The notes below the pieces were generated by a model that saw only the letters and a list, made by a program, of their open reading frames with translations, was not told the DNA's origin and did not search any database. Below, one piece after another: positions 1 to 10,836 of a stretch of DNA of 64,000 bases. The position numbers and the translations under genes were made by a program. Origin of the DNA: Calditrichia bacterium (GTDB lineage Bacteria > Calditrichota > Calditrichia > JAJRVZ01); assembly GCA_963777955.1 (NCBI GenBank), contig CAVZSQ010000022.1, forward strand, positions 96,001 through 160,000. The letters run 5' to 3'. The stretch's first letter is position 1. The number at the start of each line of letters is the position of its first letter.

Positions 1-1950
1 AATTATTTTAATCGATGGTTTGATTTTTTTAATATGATCAGCCAGTTCATCTCCGCCCATTACCGGCATCACCATATCACTGATCAACAAATCAATCTTA
101 TCAATCAAATTCTCAGCCACCACCATATCCAGTGCGCGCTCGCCGTCTTCTGCTTCGATAAGTTTATATCCCAGGGATTTCAGAGCACTTGATAACCAGC
201 CCCGGACATGGGGATCATCTTCAACCAGCAGAATAGTTTCACCGGTTTGTTTAAATTGTATTTTTGTATCAATGATTGTATTCTCAACGCGGTTTTCGCT
301 GGTAACAGGCCAGTAAATTTCAAAAATAGTTCCGATACCCACTTCACTTTCTACATGGATAGTGCCATTATTTTGTTTAACTATGCCATAAACTGTTGAC
401 AAACCAAGCCCGGTCCCTTCACCATCTTTCTTGGTTGTATAGAATGGTTCAAATATCTTTTCCTTCATTGTTTCGTCCATGCCGATACCGGAATCCTCAA
501 CGGCGATCAGCAGGAATTTCCCTTTATTGCCTTCAGGGTGATCCTCATCTGACTCCACATTTAACTCTCTCTGATCAGTCGTGATTTTGATACACTTCTT
601 TTTTGATCTATCCTTGTCTATCATGATGGCATGATTGGCGTTTACTATAAGATTTATCATGATTTGTTGAATCTGGGCCGGATCGGCTTTTATATCGGGC
701 AAATTTTTGCCCAGGTGCAACTCAAACTGGATATCTTCTTTTATCATCCGCGAGAGCATGCTGTGCAATTCGTTAATAGCCTGATTCAGGTTTATTATTT
801 TCGGCTCGATCATTTGTCTGCGGCTGAAAGCAAGCAGATTACGGATCAACCCTTCTGCTCTTTTACTGCTATCAATAATATTCCTGATCTCCATGTGATG
901 AATACTCGACTCATCCAGATCCATCAGCACAAGATCTGCATACCCTCTTATGGTGGTTAAAATATTATTGAAATCATGTGCAATACCGCCTGCCAGCAAT
1001 CCAATGGATTCCAGTTTTTGCGATCTGGTAAGTTGTTGCTCTAACTTCCGCCTCTCGGTGATGTCATGCAAAATACCCTGATAGGCAATGATTTCACCAT
1101 TCTCATTTCTAACCACTGTCGCCGTTTCCAGAACAGTGATTTTTTTCCCATCCTTACGTTTAAGTTTTAATTCGTAATTTTTTATATGACCCCGGATTTT
1201 CATCGTTTCTTTATAATTCGCTCTATCCTGTGTATGAATATAAAGATCCCGTCCGATGTTGATCTGCAATAATTCCTGGACCGATTCATAGCCGAATAAT
1301 TTTACACCCGCTGTATTGATTTCTAAAAGTTTACCCTCCGGTGTTGAAATAAAAACGACATCTTCAATCTCTGCAAAAAGGTTTTTATACTTCCTGTCCC
1401 GTAACAATTCGGATTGAGCCTGTTTTCTGCGCAGAAAAGATTGAGCTATGATCTGAGCGCACATTTCCAGGAGGTATTGTTCATCTCCGGAAAATAACCG
1501 CAGTTCCCCGACACGATCCACGCCGATAAAACCTATTACATCGTCCTGACTGCACAGGGGCCATAGCAGCATGGACTTAGTATTCTCAACTTCCATAATC
1601 GTTGTCAGGGTGCAGGATTTGGTCAGTAAATCGGAAGATGAGGTAATATGTATCGATTGTTTATTCAGGATTGCAGGCATTAGCCAGTGGAAATCTTCCT
1701 TGTCCACCTGTTCGTGCTGGCGGATTTTACCTTTGACCCCTTTTTGATAATAGTAGTGCGTTAACAGCAGGGAGGTTTTATTAATGAGATAAATATAACA
1801 CCGTTCAGTCTGCAGATAATCTGTAATTTCTTTTAAAGCTGCAGTAATCCTTTGATCAATTTTATCAGGATCCATACTGATAAATTCACTGGCCAGAGTT
1901 GACAAAAACCGCTCAATTTTTAGGCGTTCCTGATAATCTGATTTTTCCAC
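1..1950 (-). CDS. Hybrid sensor histidine kinase (GAF-PAS-HisKA-HATPase-REC), 3' end beyond window
   Basis: Not in the ORF track because it runs off the edge. Read manually from GTG at 1950 (GGAG upstream): MEKSDYQERLKIERFLSTLASEF..., H-box LAGGIAHDFNNIL, IFEPFYTTK..GEGTGLGLSTVYGIV, receiver ILLVEDD...LLISDMVMP. Confidence 0.9.
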   Translation of the reverse strand, partial: MEKSDYQERLKIERFLSTLASEFISMDPDKIDQRITAALKEITDYLQTERCYIYLINKTSLLLTHYYYQKGVKGKIRQHEQVDKEDFHWLMPAILNKQSIHITSSSDLLTKSCTLTTIMEVENTKSMLLWPLCSQDDVIGFIGVDRVGELRLFSGDEQYLLEMCAQIIAQSFLRRKQAQSELLRDRKYKNLFAEIEDVVFISTPEGKLLEINTAGVKLFGYESVQELLQINIGRDLYIHTQDRANYKETMKIRGHIKNYELKLKRKDGKKITVLETATVVRNENGEIIAYQGILHDITERRKLEQQLTRSQKLESIGLLAGGIAHDFNNILTTIRGYADLVLMDLDESSIHHMEIRNIIDSSKRAEGLIRNLLAFSRRQMIEPKIINLNQAINELHSMLSRMIKEDIQFELHLGKNLPDIKADPAQIQQIMINLIVNANHAIMIDKDRSKKKCIKITTDQRELNVESDEDHPEGNKGKFLLIAVEDSGIGMDETMKEKIFEPFYTTKKDGEGTGLGLSTVYGIVKQNNGTIHVESEVGIGTIFEIYWPVTSENRVENTIIDTKIQFKQTGETILLVEDDPHVRGWLSSALKSLGYKLIEAEDGERALDMVVAENLIDKIDLLISDMVMPVMGGDELADHIKKIKPSIKII

Positions 1951-1994
1951 TCAAACCACTCCGCCGGCATTTTTGGTAATGCGCATATAAAAAG

Positions 1995-4900
1995 TTACCT
2001 GCATAAAATCATTTTTATAAACTTAATGTACTTTCCGGTTTTTAACTGCAGAAAATAAATACCGGAGGATACCTGCTCTCCGGCTGCACTGGTACCATAC
2101 CATTCAAGCTGGTAAAAACCGGCCTCCATTTTTACTCCGCTTAGTAAGGTGTTTATTTTCTGACCTAAAATATTATAGATATTGATCGTAACTATGCTCG
2201 CTTCAGGAATACTAAACTTAATTGTTGTTCCGGGATTGAATGGATTAGGGTAGTTCTGCTCGAGATTCCAGGTCAGGGGCAGTTGTTGGAAATTTGACCT
2301 GGCCAGGGCGATATACTGTTCCGTTCCAATAATTATTTTATACCGGCTTTGCTGCTCCGTTGTCTGAATGACCCTCTGCGGATAATAGATGCCTTTATCT
2401 TCTGATACGACGATCCAATCGTAATCATCCGGAAGATTCTCCTCGCGAAAAGATATTTTGATTTGTTCTTCGATATTAGCGGACACTTCGAATTCAAAAA
2501 CATATTGTCCCAGCGCCAATCCGCGGTAATCTGTAGAATACTTTTCGGACGTATTAGGTGGTGCCAGCTTGAGTGAAATATATGTGCCGATCGGCAGAGG
2601 CTCAGGATAATCACAATAATCGATGCCCGCTGTTGCCTGTTTAAATGCACCCACATAATTAAACAGGTCTCTGGCCTGTGCCGATTCGGCTGAAAGTTGA
2701 ATACGCCATCCGTCAACAGCCTGGTTTTGAGACTTTTCTGTCGATTTCAGCACAGCTGCAGCATCCTGCGGAGGTATGAGCAAGACCGTATCTTTGGGTA
2801 CATGTATCGCATATCCCTTGAAGGGTTCGAGTAAAGTGGCGAAAGGCCAGTCCGAACCATCATAGTAGCGCAGGGCTATTTCTGTGCTGACCTGGTTCCA
2901 GGCAACCGGAAAGGCAAACGGGGTGGCAATCAAATTCCAACCCTGCTGTAATTGCAGTTCAAAATTTTGATCGGTGCTTATGGTCTGTGCTGCTGATACG
3001 ATCAAATCCTTTTCCTCTCTGGTAATCAGCCAGATGGCTTTTCCCGGGGAGAGTGTTTTATTCATGCTGGCAATTTCCGTGTAGTGCGTGCCAGCCGTTA
3101 ATTCGTAGATTCTGTATTTTGTATTATCATAAGGACCTAATTCATCTTCAAATAACTCCTGCAAATCCTGGCCGGATGTCGCCAGCGGTACAGAAATCAT
3201 CTGGTATATTTCTTTTTTGGTTTGCCAGGGAAAGTGTATTTGAGGTACAATCACCTGGATGGCATTAGGATTATCCTGGCCATTGGCCGGATAATAGGTT
3301 GAAGTCAAACCCCGCTGGACCTGGACATAGTATTCCAGACCGCGTTCGGTAACCAGAGAGAGCATCTATCTGTGCTGACCAGTTTTCGCTGCTTTGTTGA
3401 TTCAGGGACAATCGTGTGTAGTTGATACTCCCGCCTGTTCTGACCAGAACAAAAGCAGAATCAGGAGAGGGTGATCCCGGTAATGGTAAAGCTTATAATA
3501 GCAGATTGTCCGTCGGTAAATTGATTGCTGGAATGCAGCGGATCGAATGATATGGTAAATCTGACTGGAATTATAACCCCCGCCCGGAACAGCGGTACGA
3601 TCAGTACGGAATCAATGGGATCATTGCTCCTGATTCTCAGGTCAGCCGGTTTATGCTTGTCCTAGCGGGTGAAAATTAATTTTAATCTCCGCCGAATCCT
3701 CAGGGGCTGAACTGTAATATCTTCAGTTTGTTTTCGATCATAAATGCAGCGGTCTGGCTGCCTGTAATGGAGAGAGCGTCGCAGGGGATGATCAACTCGC
3801 CTGGCCCTTATTATGGATATAAAGAGTTTTTATGAATCCCGGTCTATTAATACCTGTCCAAAATCCAATTCTGTTGCCGATAAAATGATTTTCTGCGGCA
3901 ATCCCCGTACCGCTCAGGTCAACCCATATTTTATTTCTATACGGGTCGTTTGAATGAATCACAACCTGGGCCGTCGACCAGACCTGTGCTGATGGGGGTA
4001 AAGCCAATCTGCACATGCAAAGTGCTATCCGGCATAATAGTCGCGGTGAATTCCGGGGGTATATCAATGAGTCTGAATCTTAAACTATCCAAAGGCTGGC
4101 CGGTAATCTTAAGACTGTCTATGATCAGCAGATCATTACCTGAATTTCCGATAATCAGATTAAGCAAACTATCCGCATGGCAGCACGACATTTCCAAAGT
4201 TCAGTTCAGTGGCCGACAGGTTAATTTCAGCGACAGTACCGTTGCCGTGCAGATCCACCGATATTCGGTTCTTGAACGGATCGTTTGATCGGATCACGAG
4301 CTGAGCCGCGACCAGACCCGTTCTGAGCGGAGTGAAGCCGATTTGTACCATCAGAGTGCTGTCCGGCATCAGGGTTGTGGGAAACTCCGCAGGCAGATTG
4401 ATGATTTCAAAGCAGATACTGTCCGGATGCTGGCCGGTAATTTTAAGACTGTCTATGATCAGCAGGTCATGACCTGCATTTCCGATAATCAGATTGAGAG
4501 AGGAATCGGAAAAAACGGGAACATTTCCAAAATCCAGCATTTGCGGTTCCACATATATGGACGATGCTGAGCCTTCCCCCTTGATGGAGACGGCTATACG
4601 CCTTTTATCCGGATCATTACTAAATAGAATCAGTGAATCCTGGAAAATTACCGGCAAGTCCGGTTCAAAAATCACGGTGATACTATCCAATAACTCAGGA
4701 CCGATTACCAGAGAGGATTTGCTTAAAGTGAAGACGGAATCGGCGAGTAACATCATATTCAGACGAAGAGTATCACTCCCCGAATTAAGGATTGGTAAAA
4801 ACAGAGAATCAGAATTCCCAATGGTCACCTTGTTAAAAACAATTTCCGGTAACAGCACATTCAGCTCTGCTGCAATTCCCTCACCACTGAGCGGGATATG

Positions 4901-6130
4901 AACATCGCCATGCGTTACAGTCCGCAGTATTAAATCAGCCTGAAATAGCGAGTCCTGGTCGGGCTGGAATGAAGTCTTTAATTCCAGGCTGTCTGCATAG
5001 GGGACAAAGAAATTTTGTTTATCCGCTGTAAAGACCTGTGCATTATCACCCTGAAAAATAATTTCAGATACATTTATCCCCGAATCGCGGTAGTTGAGAA
5101 TATTCGCAGCAATTGAAGTAGTGCTATCATACGGAACTTTACCGAATGAAATATTCTGCGGCTTTACATACAGGGGCGGATACCAGCCAAATGCTGCCGG
5201 TCCGCCGTAGGCACCCATATCGTTAAGTTTACCCTTAAGGGAAGGAGGAAAATATTTATCATCGTAGGCAGCATCGGGATTACCGGCATCTATACAGGGT
5301 GATTGCATTGGTAAGATATATCGCTCAAGATCGTTAAACCCGGGAACGGAATTAATATTGCCCGTACCGGGATAAACTAATGCCCCCTGAACAGCACTAT
5401 AGGTCACATCCGGAACGTTGTCGACTATATAGATCTGAGAATTATTATAAAAAACAATTGAATTTATAACGGTAAGGGCCCCCTTCTGACAACTGATACC
5501 GATGTTGTGATTGTTGGCAATTACCGTATTCAACAAGGTGATCGCATCATTCTTATTCGTGGAGAGGATACCATCGAGTGAATTATCCGAAATTATTGAA
5601 TTCGAAGCGCCGATTTGTGCAGAATTCAGATATATACCGTTATTCGTATTATGACTTATTACACAATATTTTATTTCGATATTTGTATTTCTTAAATGGA
5701 TCCCATCGCCATTGTTATGGACAATTTTACAATTCGATATTACCGGTATGCTTTGATCAATATATATACCCTGACTCAGGGCACCCTCAATCCGGCAATA
5801 AATGAGATAAGAGGCCACCGAGGTGTTTTTAAAGTTAATACCCGGCCAGCCCGCAGTATTTGAAGAATCAGGTTTAAAAACAATGGAATCACTATAAAAT
5901 CCATGGGCCTGGAGAGTACCATTAACCTCAAATTTATAAGTAGAATCGAATATAACTGTCACGCCTGCCTGAATGGTCAGGTCATCGATGGTGATATCCC
6001 CTTTGATGATATACGGTGAATTCTCAGCAGTCCAGATATCGCCGTCGAGAGTATCCTGGAATACAATCGTCTGGGCAACCAGGAGATTGACTAAGACCAG
6101 AGATAAAAATATTGAATATCTTAATTTCAT
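1995..6130 (-). CDS. Large secreted/surface protein: right-handed beta-helix, tandem ASH/choice-of-anchor-D Ig domains, C-terminal FlgD-Ig/T9SS-A-like sorting domain (several frameshifts at ~3365-4200)
   Basis: ORF pieces 4169-6130, 3937-4197, 3792-4067 and 1995-3365 read as one protein: signal peptide, NxxxGI beta-helix repeats, SPCIDAG..DMGAYGG, repeated 'FGxV...I.N.G...L.I...SNDP...L.G.G' domains, C-terminal LEQNYPNPFNP...SSGIYFLQL...KMILCR. Confidence 0.75.
3900..4540. repeat. Intragenic tandem duplication (~334-nt period) of one ASH-type Ig domain
   Basis: GCTGGCCGGTAAT-TTAAGACTGTCTATGATCAGCAG-TCAT-ACCTG-ATTTCCGATAATCAGATT occurs at ~4095-4160 and ~4429-4494; both copies encode SLNLIIGN.G.DLLIIDSLKITGQ. 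Boundaries approximate. Confidence 0.8.
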
Positions 6131-6144
6131 GATCTCTTTTTTAT

Positions 6145-6715
6145 TTATGGTAACGGCGGAGGCGCCGGTAATGGCTGATTTGTGTTATTGTTTTCTGCGC
6201 CAGCGGAAGATGTGGCGACCAGGACAATAATGGCAGTGACTGCGACACCACCGGCACCCAGCCAAATCCATGGCTTTATACCGGCTTTCTGCTGAGCTTG
6301 CTGAGCTGACTCAGCCTGTTCAGCCTGCAACCTGGCATATTCTATTCTGGTTTCATTCACCAGATCGACAAAGCGGGGGGATTCTTGTTCAAGAGTAGGT
6401 TGATAAGCCGGGTCGAGTTTCAGTAACAACAGCAGGGTTTCTTTTGCTGATTCGAATTCTTCCAGAGTTAAGATACGATCGTGCTAGAATCTTATGGGCA
6501 CGGATACGATCATCCATACTCAGCAAGGAATCGGTCAGACATTGCCGAGTTAGCGTTATGGATTGCTGCGGATTCCCGTTATAATAACTCTCTTCGGCCT
6601 GATCCAATTTTGCTTTAGCGGAGGACTGCTCATCGGCAGCAATCAGCTTTGGCATCCCATTAATTAGCTGCATATAAAGTAGCAGCCAGCAAAGCAATAA
6701 TCGTATCAGGCGCAT
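6145..6715 (-). CDS. TPR-like exported protein with C-terminal transmembrane helix (frameshift ~6469)
   Basis: Removing one base joins ORFs 6389-6796 and 6145-6429: signal peptide MRLIRLLLCWLLL, AEESYYNG...AHKILARSYL..EFESAKETLLLLLKLDPAYQP, TM PWIWLGAGGVAVTAIIVLV, Pro-rich tail. Confidence 0.7.
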
Positions 6716-6800
6716 ACTATATTCGCTAATACTTTTGAGCATCATAACTTTTTGTAGAAAGTGCCAAAATGCACCTTTTTTTCCACTATACACCAAGATT

Positions 6801-9047
6801 CTAGTTCCCCTTCTTTAAAATAAATTTCAGAGAATTATCAACGCCTGTATCTACTAAAATCTCTTTTTCCCCGCCCTCGGTATAATAACCATCCTTTTTT
6901 ACGCCGACTTTATGCAGGCCAACCCGCAGTAAAATTTCACCGGGCCTGCTTTGCTCAATTTTCTTTCCATCAACGTAAATTTCCCCGTTAAGCATATTAT
7001 TCTGATCATCGACCGTTTTTACCTGCAGCGGCAGTTCCTGAGTAAAATTGACGATCACATTTGTTTCCTTATCCCCCTGGACTTGTACCGTTTTCTGCCA
7101 GATACCCAGAGTCGGATGTTCGACCCTGACGTTGTACTGCTCGACCGGCAATCTGACTGTATACTTTATATCCGCTGAAGACTTATGTAATTGGTTGTTT
7201 AGGTAAATCGATCCCCACGGCCTTACCTGGATGTTCAGATTCCCCTCCTGGCGAACCAGTTTAGCGTCAATTGTGTAAGTTTCATTGCGCACAATTTCAA
7301 TTTCTTCCGTAAAGGATGCATAACCAGGATTGGAAACTTCCAGGTGGTGTTTTCCTATGGGCAGACTACTGATATTAAGTACAGGTAAATTTTGCCCATT
7401 CATTTTTTTACCATCCAACAGCACTGTGGCCGATGATGGATCTTTTGTTACAGCTAATCCGCCGCTCAAAGGTGTAAGTTTGGCGTTAATGTTCTGATTG
7501 TTTCCGGCAACAAGTTGCAGATCCTCGGAGTATTTTTCATACCCTTCCCGGCGAATCTCCACCAGGTAAGTCCCCTGGGAAATCCTGTGCAACTGGAGCG
7601 GGGTTTTCCCCTGGAGTTCTCCATTCAACCAGATCTCGGAATCGGACGGATCCGCCTGGATGGATAAGTCAGCAAAGACAGGAGTTGTGGTTATTTGTTC
7701 TGGCGCGGTCGTCTGGACTTCCTGAACAGGGATTTGCCTGTCTTCAATCTCCGGCAATGTAAAAACCAAGGCCACATCGCTGTCTTTGGTTAAAAAAATA
7801 GTTGTATCGAGTGAATTATAATCAGCTTTACTTATTTTCAATGAATATTGACCGGCTGGTAATGAATGATTTTTTATAGGAGTCTGACCAAGCGAATCTC
7901 CATTCAGGATAATCCAGGCGGATACGGGAATACTTGAAATAGTCAGGCGGGGACGCAGCTGGTCATCCTGAACCTGTCTGGTTAGCGCTGAGGCGCCTGG
8001 AAAAAACTTATCTTTAAATAAAATTAATACAAGAATAGCGATAAAGATTAACGCACCAGCCAACTTTAGTACGGGTAGTTTTTTTCCGCGAATGACCGGT
8101 TCGACAGTTTTTTGTGGTAAGGGGCTGTCCATCCTCCTAATAGGTTCATCATGAACCACGGGCACTTGCGCGATCTGTTCTTTGCTTTCTGTCTGCTCTT
8201 TACCGGCAAGATCATACTTCTTTTCGAATTGCTGAATAGCCTGCATCATATCGTCTGCCGTCTGAAATCGGTCATCCGGATTCTTACTGATGGACTTCAT
8301 GATGATCATTTCTAATTCTGCAGGTATTGTAGGATTAATCGATCGCGGGTTCTCAAATTCTTTACGGATAATTGTTTCGCGTATATCAAAATCTGATTTA
8401 ATATTCAGGAAGGGAACAATTCCGGTGAGCATTTCATAGAAAGTCATGCCGATGGAATAAAGATCGCTGCGGGCATCTATAAATGAAAAACCTTTCACGT
8501 GTTCGGGTGACATATAGTATAAAGTTCCGCCGCTGGTAGCCGATACGGTTTGGGAATTAGTGGTCTGATCCTTAGCCAGGCCAAAATCGGTAATTTTAAC
8601 GATGCCTTTGTCGCTGATCATGATATTATTGGGTTTAATATCACGGTGGATGATACCGGCTTCATGAGCATGGCCGATTGCTCCAAGAACCTGCTTAATA
8701 ATGGGCAGTGCTTCCAGCCAGTGGAAAGCGCCGTCTTTTAAAATTTTATCGGTCAGGGTGATGCCCTGTACAAATTCCATCACAATGAACCATTGGTCAT
8801 CGACCGAGCGTAAATCATAGATGCGGACAATATTAGGATCTTCGAATTTTGCCAGGGCTTTCGCCTCGGTTTGGAAACGTTTGATAAAATGCTCGTTCAT
8901 GGACAGGCCCGGGGCAATTATTTTCAGAGCAAATACTTTATCCAGCTTAATATGGATGGCCTTAAAAACAACGCCCATGCCGCCGATTCCCAGTCTTTCC
9001 AGGATGCGGTAATTATCTAATACTTTTCCGATGAACGAAGAATACAT
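6801..9047 (-). CDS. Hanks-type Ser/Thr protein kinase with TM helix and extracytoplasmic PEGA repeats
   Basis: LGIGGMGVVFKA, ALK, HRDIKPNN, DFGLAK, GTLYYMSPE, SDLYSIG; TM LAGALIFIAILVLILF; PEGA-like repeats (S.P..A.I.LNG...G.TP...G.Y...I.K.GY). Confidence 0.93.
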   Translation of the reverse strand: MYSSFIGKVLDNYRILERLGIGGMGVVFKAIHIKLDKVFALKIIAPGLSMNEHFIKRFQTEAKALAKFEDPNIVRIYDLRSVDDQWFIVMEFVQGITLTDKILKDGAFHWLEALPIIKQVLGAIGHAHEAGIIHRDIKPNNIMISDKGIVKITDFGLAKDQTTNSQTVSATSGGTLYYMSPEHVKGFSFIDARSDLYSIGMTFYEMLTGIVPFLNIKSDFDIRETIIRKEFENPRSINPTIPAELEMIIMKSISKNPDDRFQTADDMMQAIQQFEKKYDLAGKEQTESKEQIAQVPVVHDEPIRRMDSPLPQKTVEPVIRGKKLPVLKLAGALIFIAILVLILFKDKFFPGASALTRQVQDDQLRPRLTISSIPVSAWIILNGDSLGQTPIKNHSLPAGQYSLKISKADYNSLDTTIFLTKDSDVALVFTLPEIEDRQIPVQEVQTTAPEQITTTPVFADLSIQADPSDSEIWLNGELQGKTPLQLHRISQGTYLVEIRREGYEKYSEDLQLVAGNNQNINAKLTPLSGGLAVTKDPSSATVLLDGKKMNGQNLPVLNISSLPIGKHHLEVSNPGYASFTEEIEIVRNETYTIDAKLVRQEGNLNIQVRPWGSIYLNNQLHKSSADIKYTVRLPVEQYNVRVEHPTLGIWQKTVQVQGDKETNVIVNFTQELPLQVKTVDDQNNMLNGEIYVDGKKIEQSRPGEILLRVGLHKVGVKKDGYYTEGGEKEILVDTGVDNSLKFILKKGN

Positions 9048-9228
9048 ATTTTTATGTTAAAATTACCTGCCTTAAATCCAACATTCCTATTCTATTGTTT
9101 TATCGTCAAAAAAAAGGATAAGTTTATATTGGATTTTAGTTTTTAAGCCGAATAAGCTATAAAAGAATGAAGCACTTACAGGAATAGGAAGGTATTAAAT
9201 ATGGATGGTATTTTGCCACTTAAAAGAG

Positions 9229-9407
9229 TTACACGGAGAGACACGGAGTAGGCACGGAGAAAATAATTTTAAGGTTAAAAGATTTGAATGCGGTCATCGA
9301 GCAGTTCTGATCACCTATGAAAAGTGAATTCCAAGCACTGATTAGTGAATGTTAATTATCAAATCCTTAAATTTTTCTCCGTGCCTACTCCGTGTCTCTC
9401 CGTGTAA
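9229..9407. repeat. Perfect 35-bp inverted repeat built of CACGGAG units around a 109-bp spacer (REPIN/MITE-like)
   Basis: TTACACGGAGAGACACGGAGTAGGCACGGAGAAAA (9229-9263) and its exact reverse complement (9373-9407). Confidence 0.9.
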
Positions 9408-9428
9408 TTATTTACCCCAAACGCCAAA

Positions 9429-9457
9429 TTGCAAATCCATCCCCTTTTTACTATATT
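9429..9457 (+). promoter_or_regulatory. Putative sigma-70 promoter of the SBP-HK-RR operon
   Basis: TTGCAA-N17-TATATT, ending 55 nt before the ATG at 9513. Confidence 0.45.
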
Positions 9458-9512
9458 TAATCAAAGTTTCAGCGGGTTTCGGCAACGCCGATTAAATTAA
9501 AATGGAATCATC

Positions 9513-10811
9513 ATGAAACGGGCCCTTCAGGTTCTGATCTTCGTCTCGCTGGTCATGATTTCCATCATAATATATTACCTGAGTCATGATTATGAAGCGG
9601 GTGATAGCGTAAAAAAAATTTATTTTGCCGATAATATATCCGCTGCCCACCAGAAACTGATCGACAAATTCAACCAGGAATATCAGGGACGCATTGAAGT
9701 CTTTCCGGTCAATCTGCCCTTCTCCAAATTCAGTACCAATGAACGTAAAGAGTTGCTGGCCCGTTCCCTGCGCAGCAAAAGCGACCGCATCGATGTCTTT
9801 GCCGTCGATTTGATCTGGGTACCCCGTTTTTCCCGCTGGGCTGAATCACTGGACATGTATTTTCCGGCTGAGCAGCACGGTTCGATCATCCCTAATGCCA
9901 TCGAATCGTGTTATTTTAACGGTCAGCTGGTCGGATTTCCTTTTTATATCGATGTGGGTCTGATGTACTACCGTAAAGATATGCTGCAACAACTAGCCGA
10001 TTATCCGTATTGGGAAAAAAAGATACAAGCATCGCTGACCTGGCCGGAACTGCTGACCTTAGCCAAATATCTGCATTCGCCGCAGGGATTCAGTTATATT
10101 TTTGCCGCTGATAATTATGAAGGCCTGGTTTGCAGTTTCCTGGATCTGCTGGTCAGCCAGCGAAGTTCGATTATGAGCGGGGACTCGGTCGACCTGGTTA
10201 CTGCTCCGGCCATTCGTTCACTGCAGTTACTGGTAGATCTGGTCAATACCTACAAAATCACGCCCCCGGCAGTGACTTCTCTTGATGAATATCATACGTA
10301 TCTCTATGCCTTGCGCTTTGATATTCCGTTCCTGCGCGGCTGGCCGGGCGCTAAAACCCAGTACCGTAATACGATTGAAAACGGGGAGAAGTTGAATTTA
10401 TTGGAATTTGCCCCCTTGCCCCATTTTGAAGAGGCGAACCGCACCTTTGTACTGGGCGGTTGGAACCTGATGATTCCCAGGTATTCCCGCCGGAAAACGG
10501 AATCACTGGAATTCATACGCTTTATCCTTCGTCCGGAAAATCAAAAGATATTATATAAGGAAGGCGGATTTATACCGGTCATAAGTGAGATGTATGCCGA
10601 TCAGGAATTTATTAAAGATAATCCGGAACTCAGCCGCTATCAGGCTCTGATCGAACAGGGTTTTCATCGCCCCAAGCTGGTGGATTATACCAAAATTTCG
10701 GATGCGATTTCATATTACAGCAACCTGGCAATCCAGGGACAGTTGACTGTCCCGGAAGCACTGCAGCGAGCCACCCATACTATTAACCAGAATCGCACGG
10801 TGATCAAATAA
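9513..10811 (+). CDS. Family 1 extracellular (sugar) solute-binding protein, N-terminal membrane anchor
   Basis: DVFAVDLIWVPRFS, GQLVGFPFYIDVGLMYYRKD, YEGLVC, FLRGWP and LGGWNLMI are typical of sugar SBPs; no lipobox; no ABC permease nearby. Confidence 0.88.
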   Translation: MKRALQVLIFVSLVMISIIIYYLSHDYEAGDSVKKIYFADNISAAHQKLIDKFNQEYQGRIEVFPVNLPFSKFSTNERKELLARSLRSKSDRIDVFAVDLIWVPRFSRWAESLDMYFPAEQHGSIIPNAIESCYFNGQLVGFPFYIDVGLMYYRKDMLQQLADYPYWEKKIQASLTWPELLTLAKYLHSPQGFSYIFAADNYEGLVCSFLDLLVSQRSSIMSGDSVDLVTAPAIRSLQLLVDLVNTYKITPPAVTSLDEYHTYLYALRFDIPFLRGWPGAKTQYRNTIENGEKLNLLEFAPLPHFEEANRTFVLGGWNLMIPRYSRRKTESLEFIRFILRPENQKILYKEGGFIPVISEMYADQEFIKDNPELSRYQALIEQGFHRPKLVDYTKISDAISYYSNLAIQGQLTVPEALQRATHTINQNRTVIK

Positions 10812-10836
10812 CCGAAAATAAAACAGCGAGATATAA

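Noticed and set aside
6750..6767. TGGCAC (minus strand) as a second sigma-54 promoter; likewise TGGCAT near 55631 and 61638
   Set aside because: No TTGC-like -12 element at the required spacing.
9229..9407. CACGGAG repeats, the 29149 array or the 42056 duplication as a CRISPR array
   Set aside because: No series of identical 23-47-nt direct repeats with unique spacers, and no cas genes.
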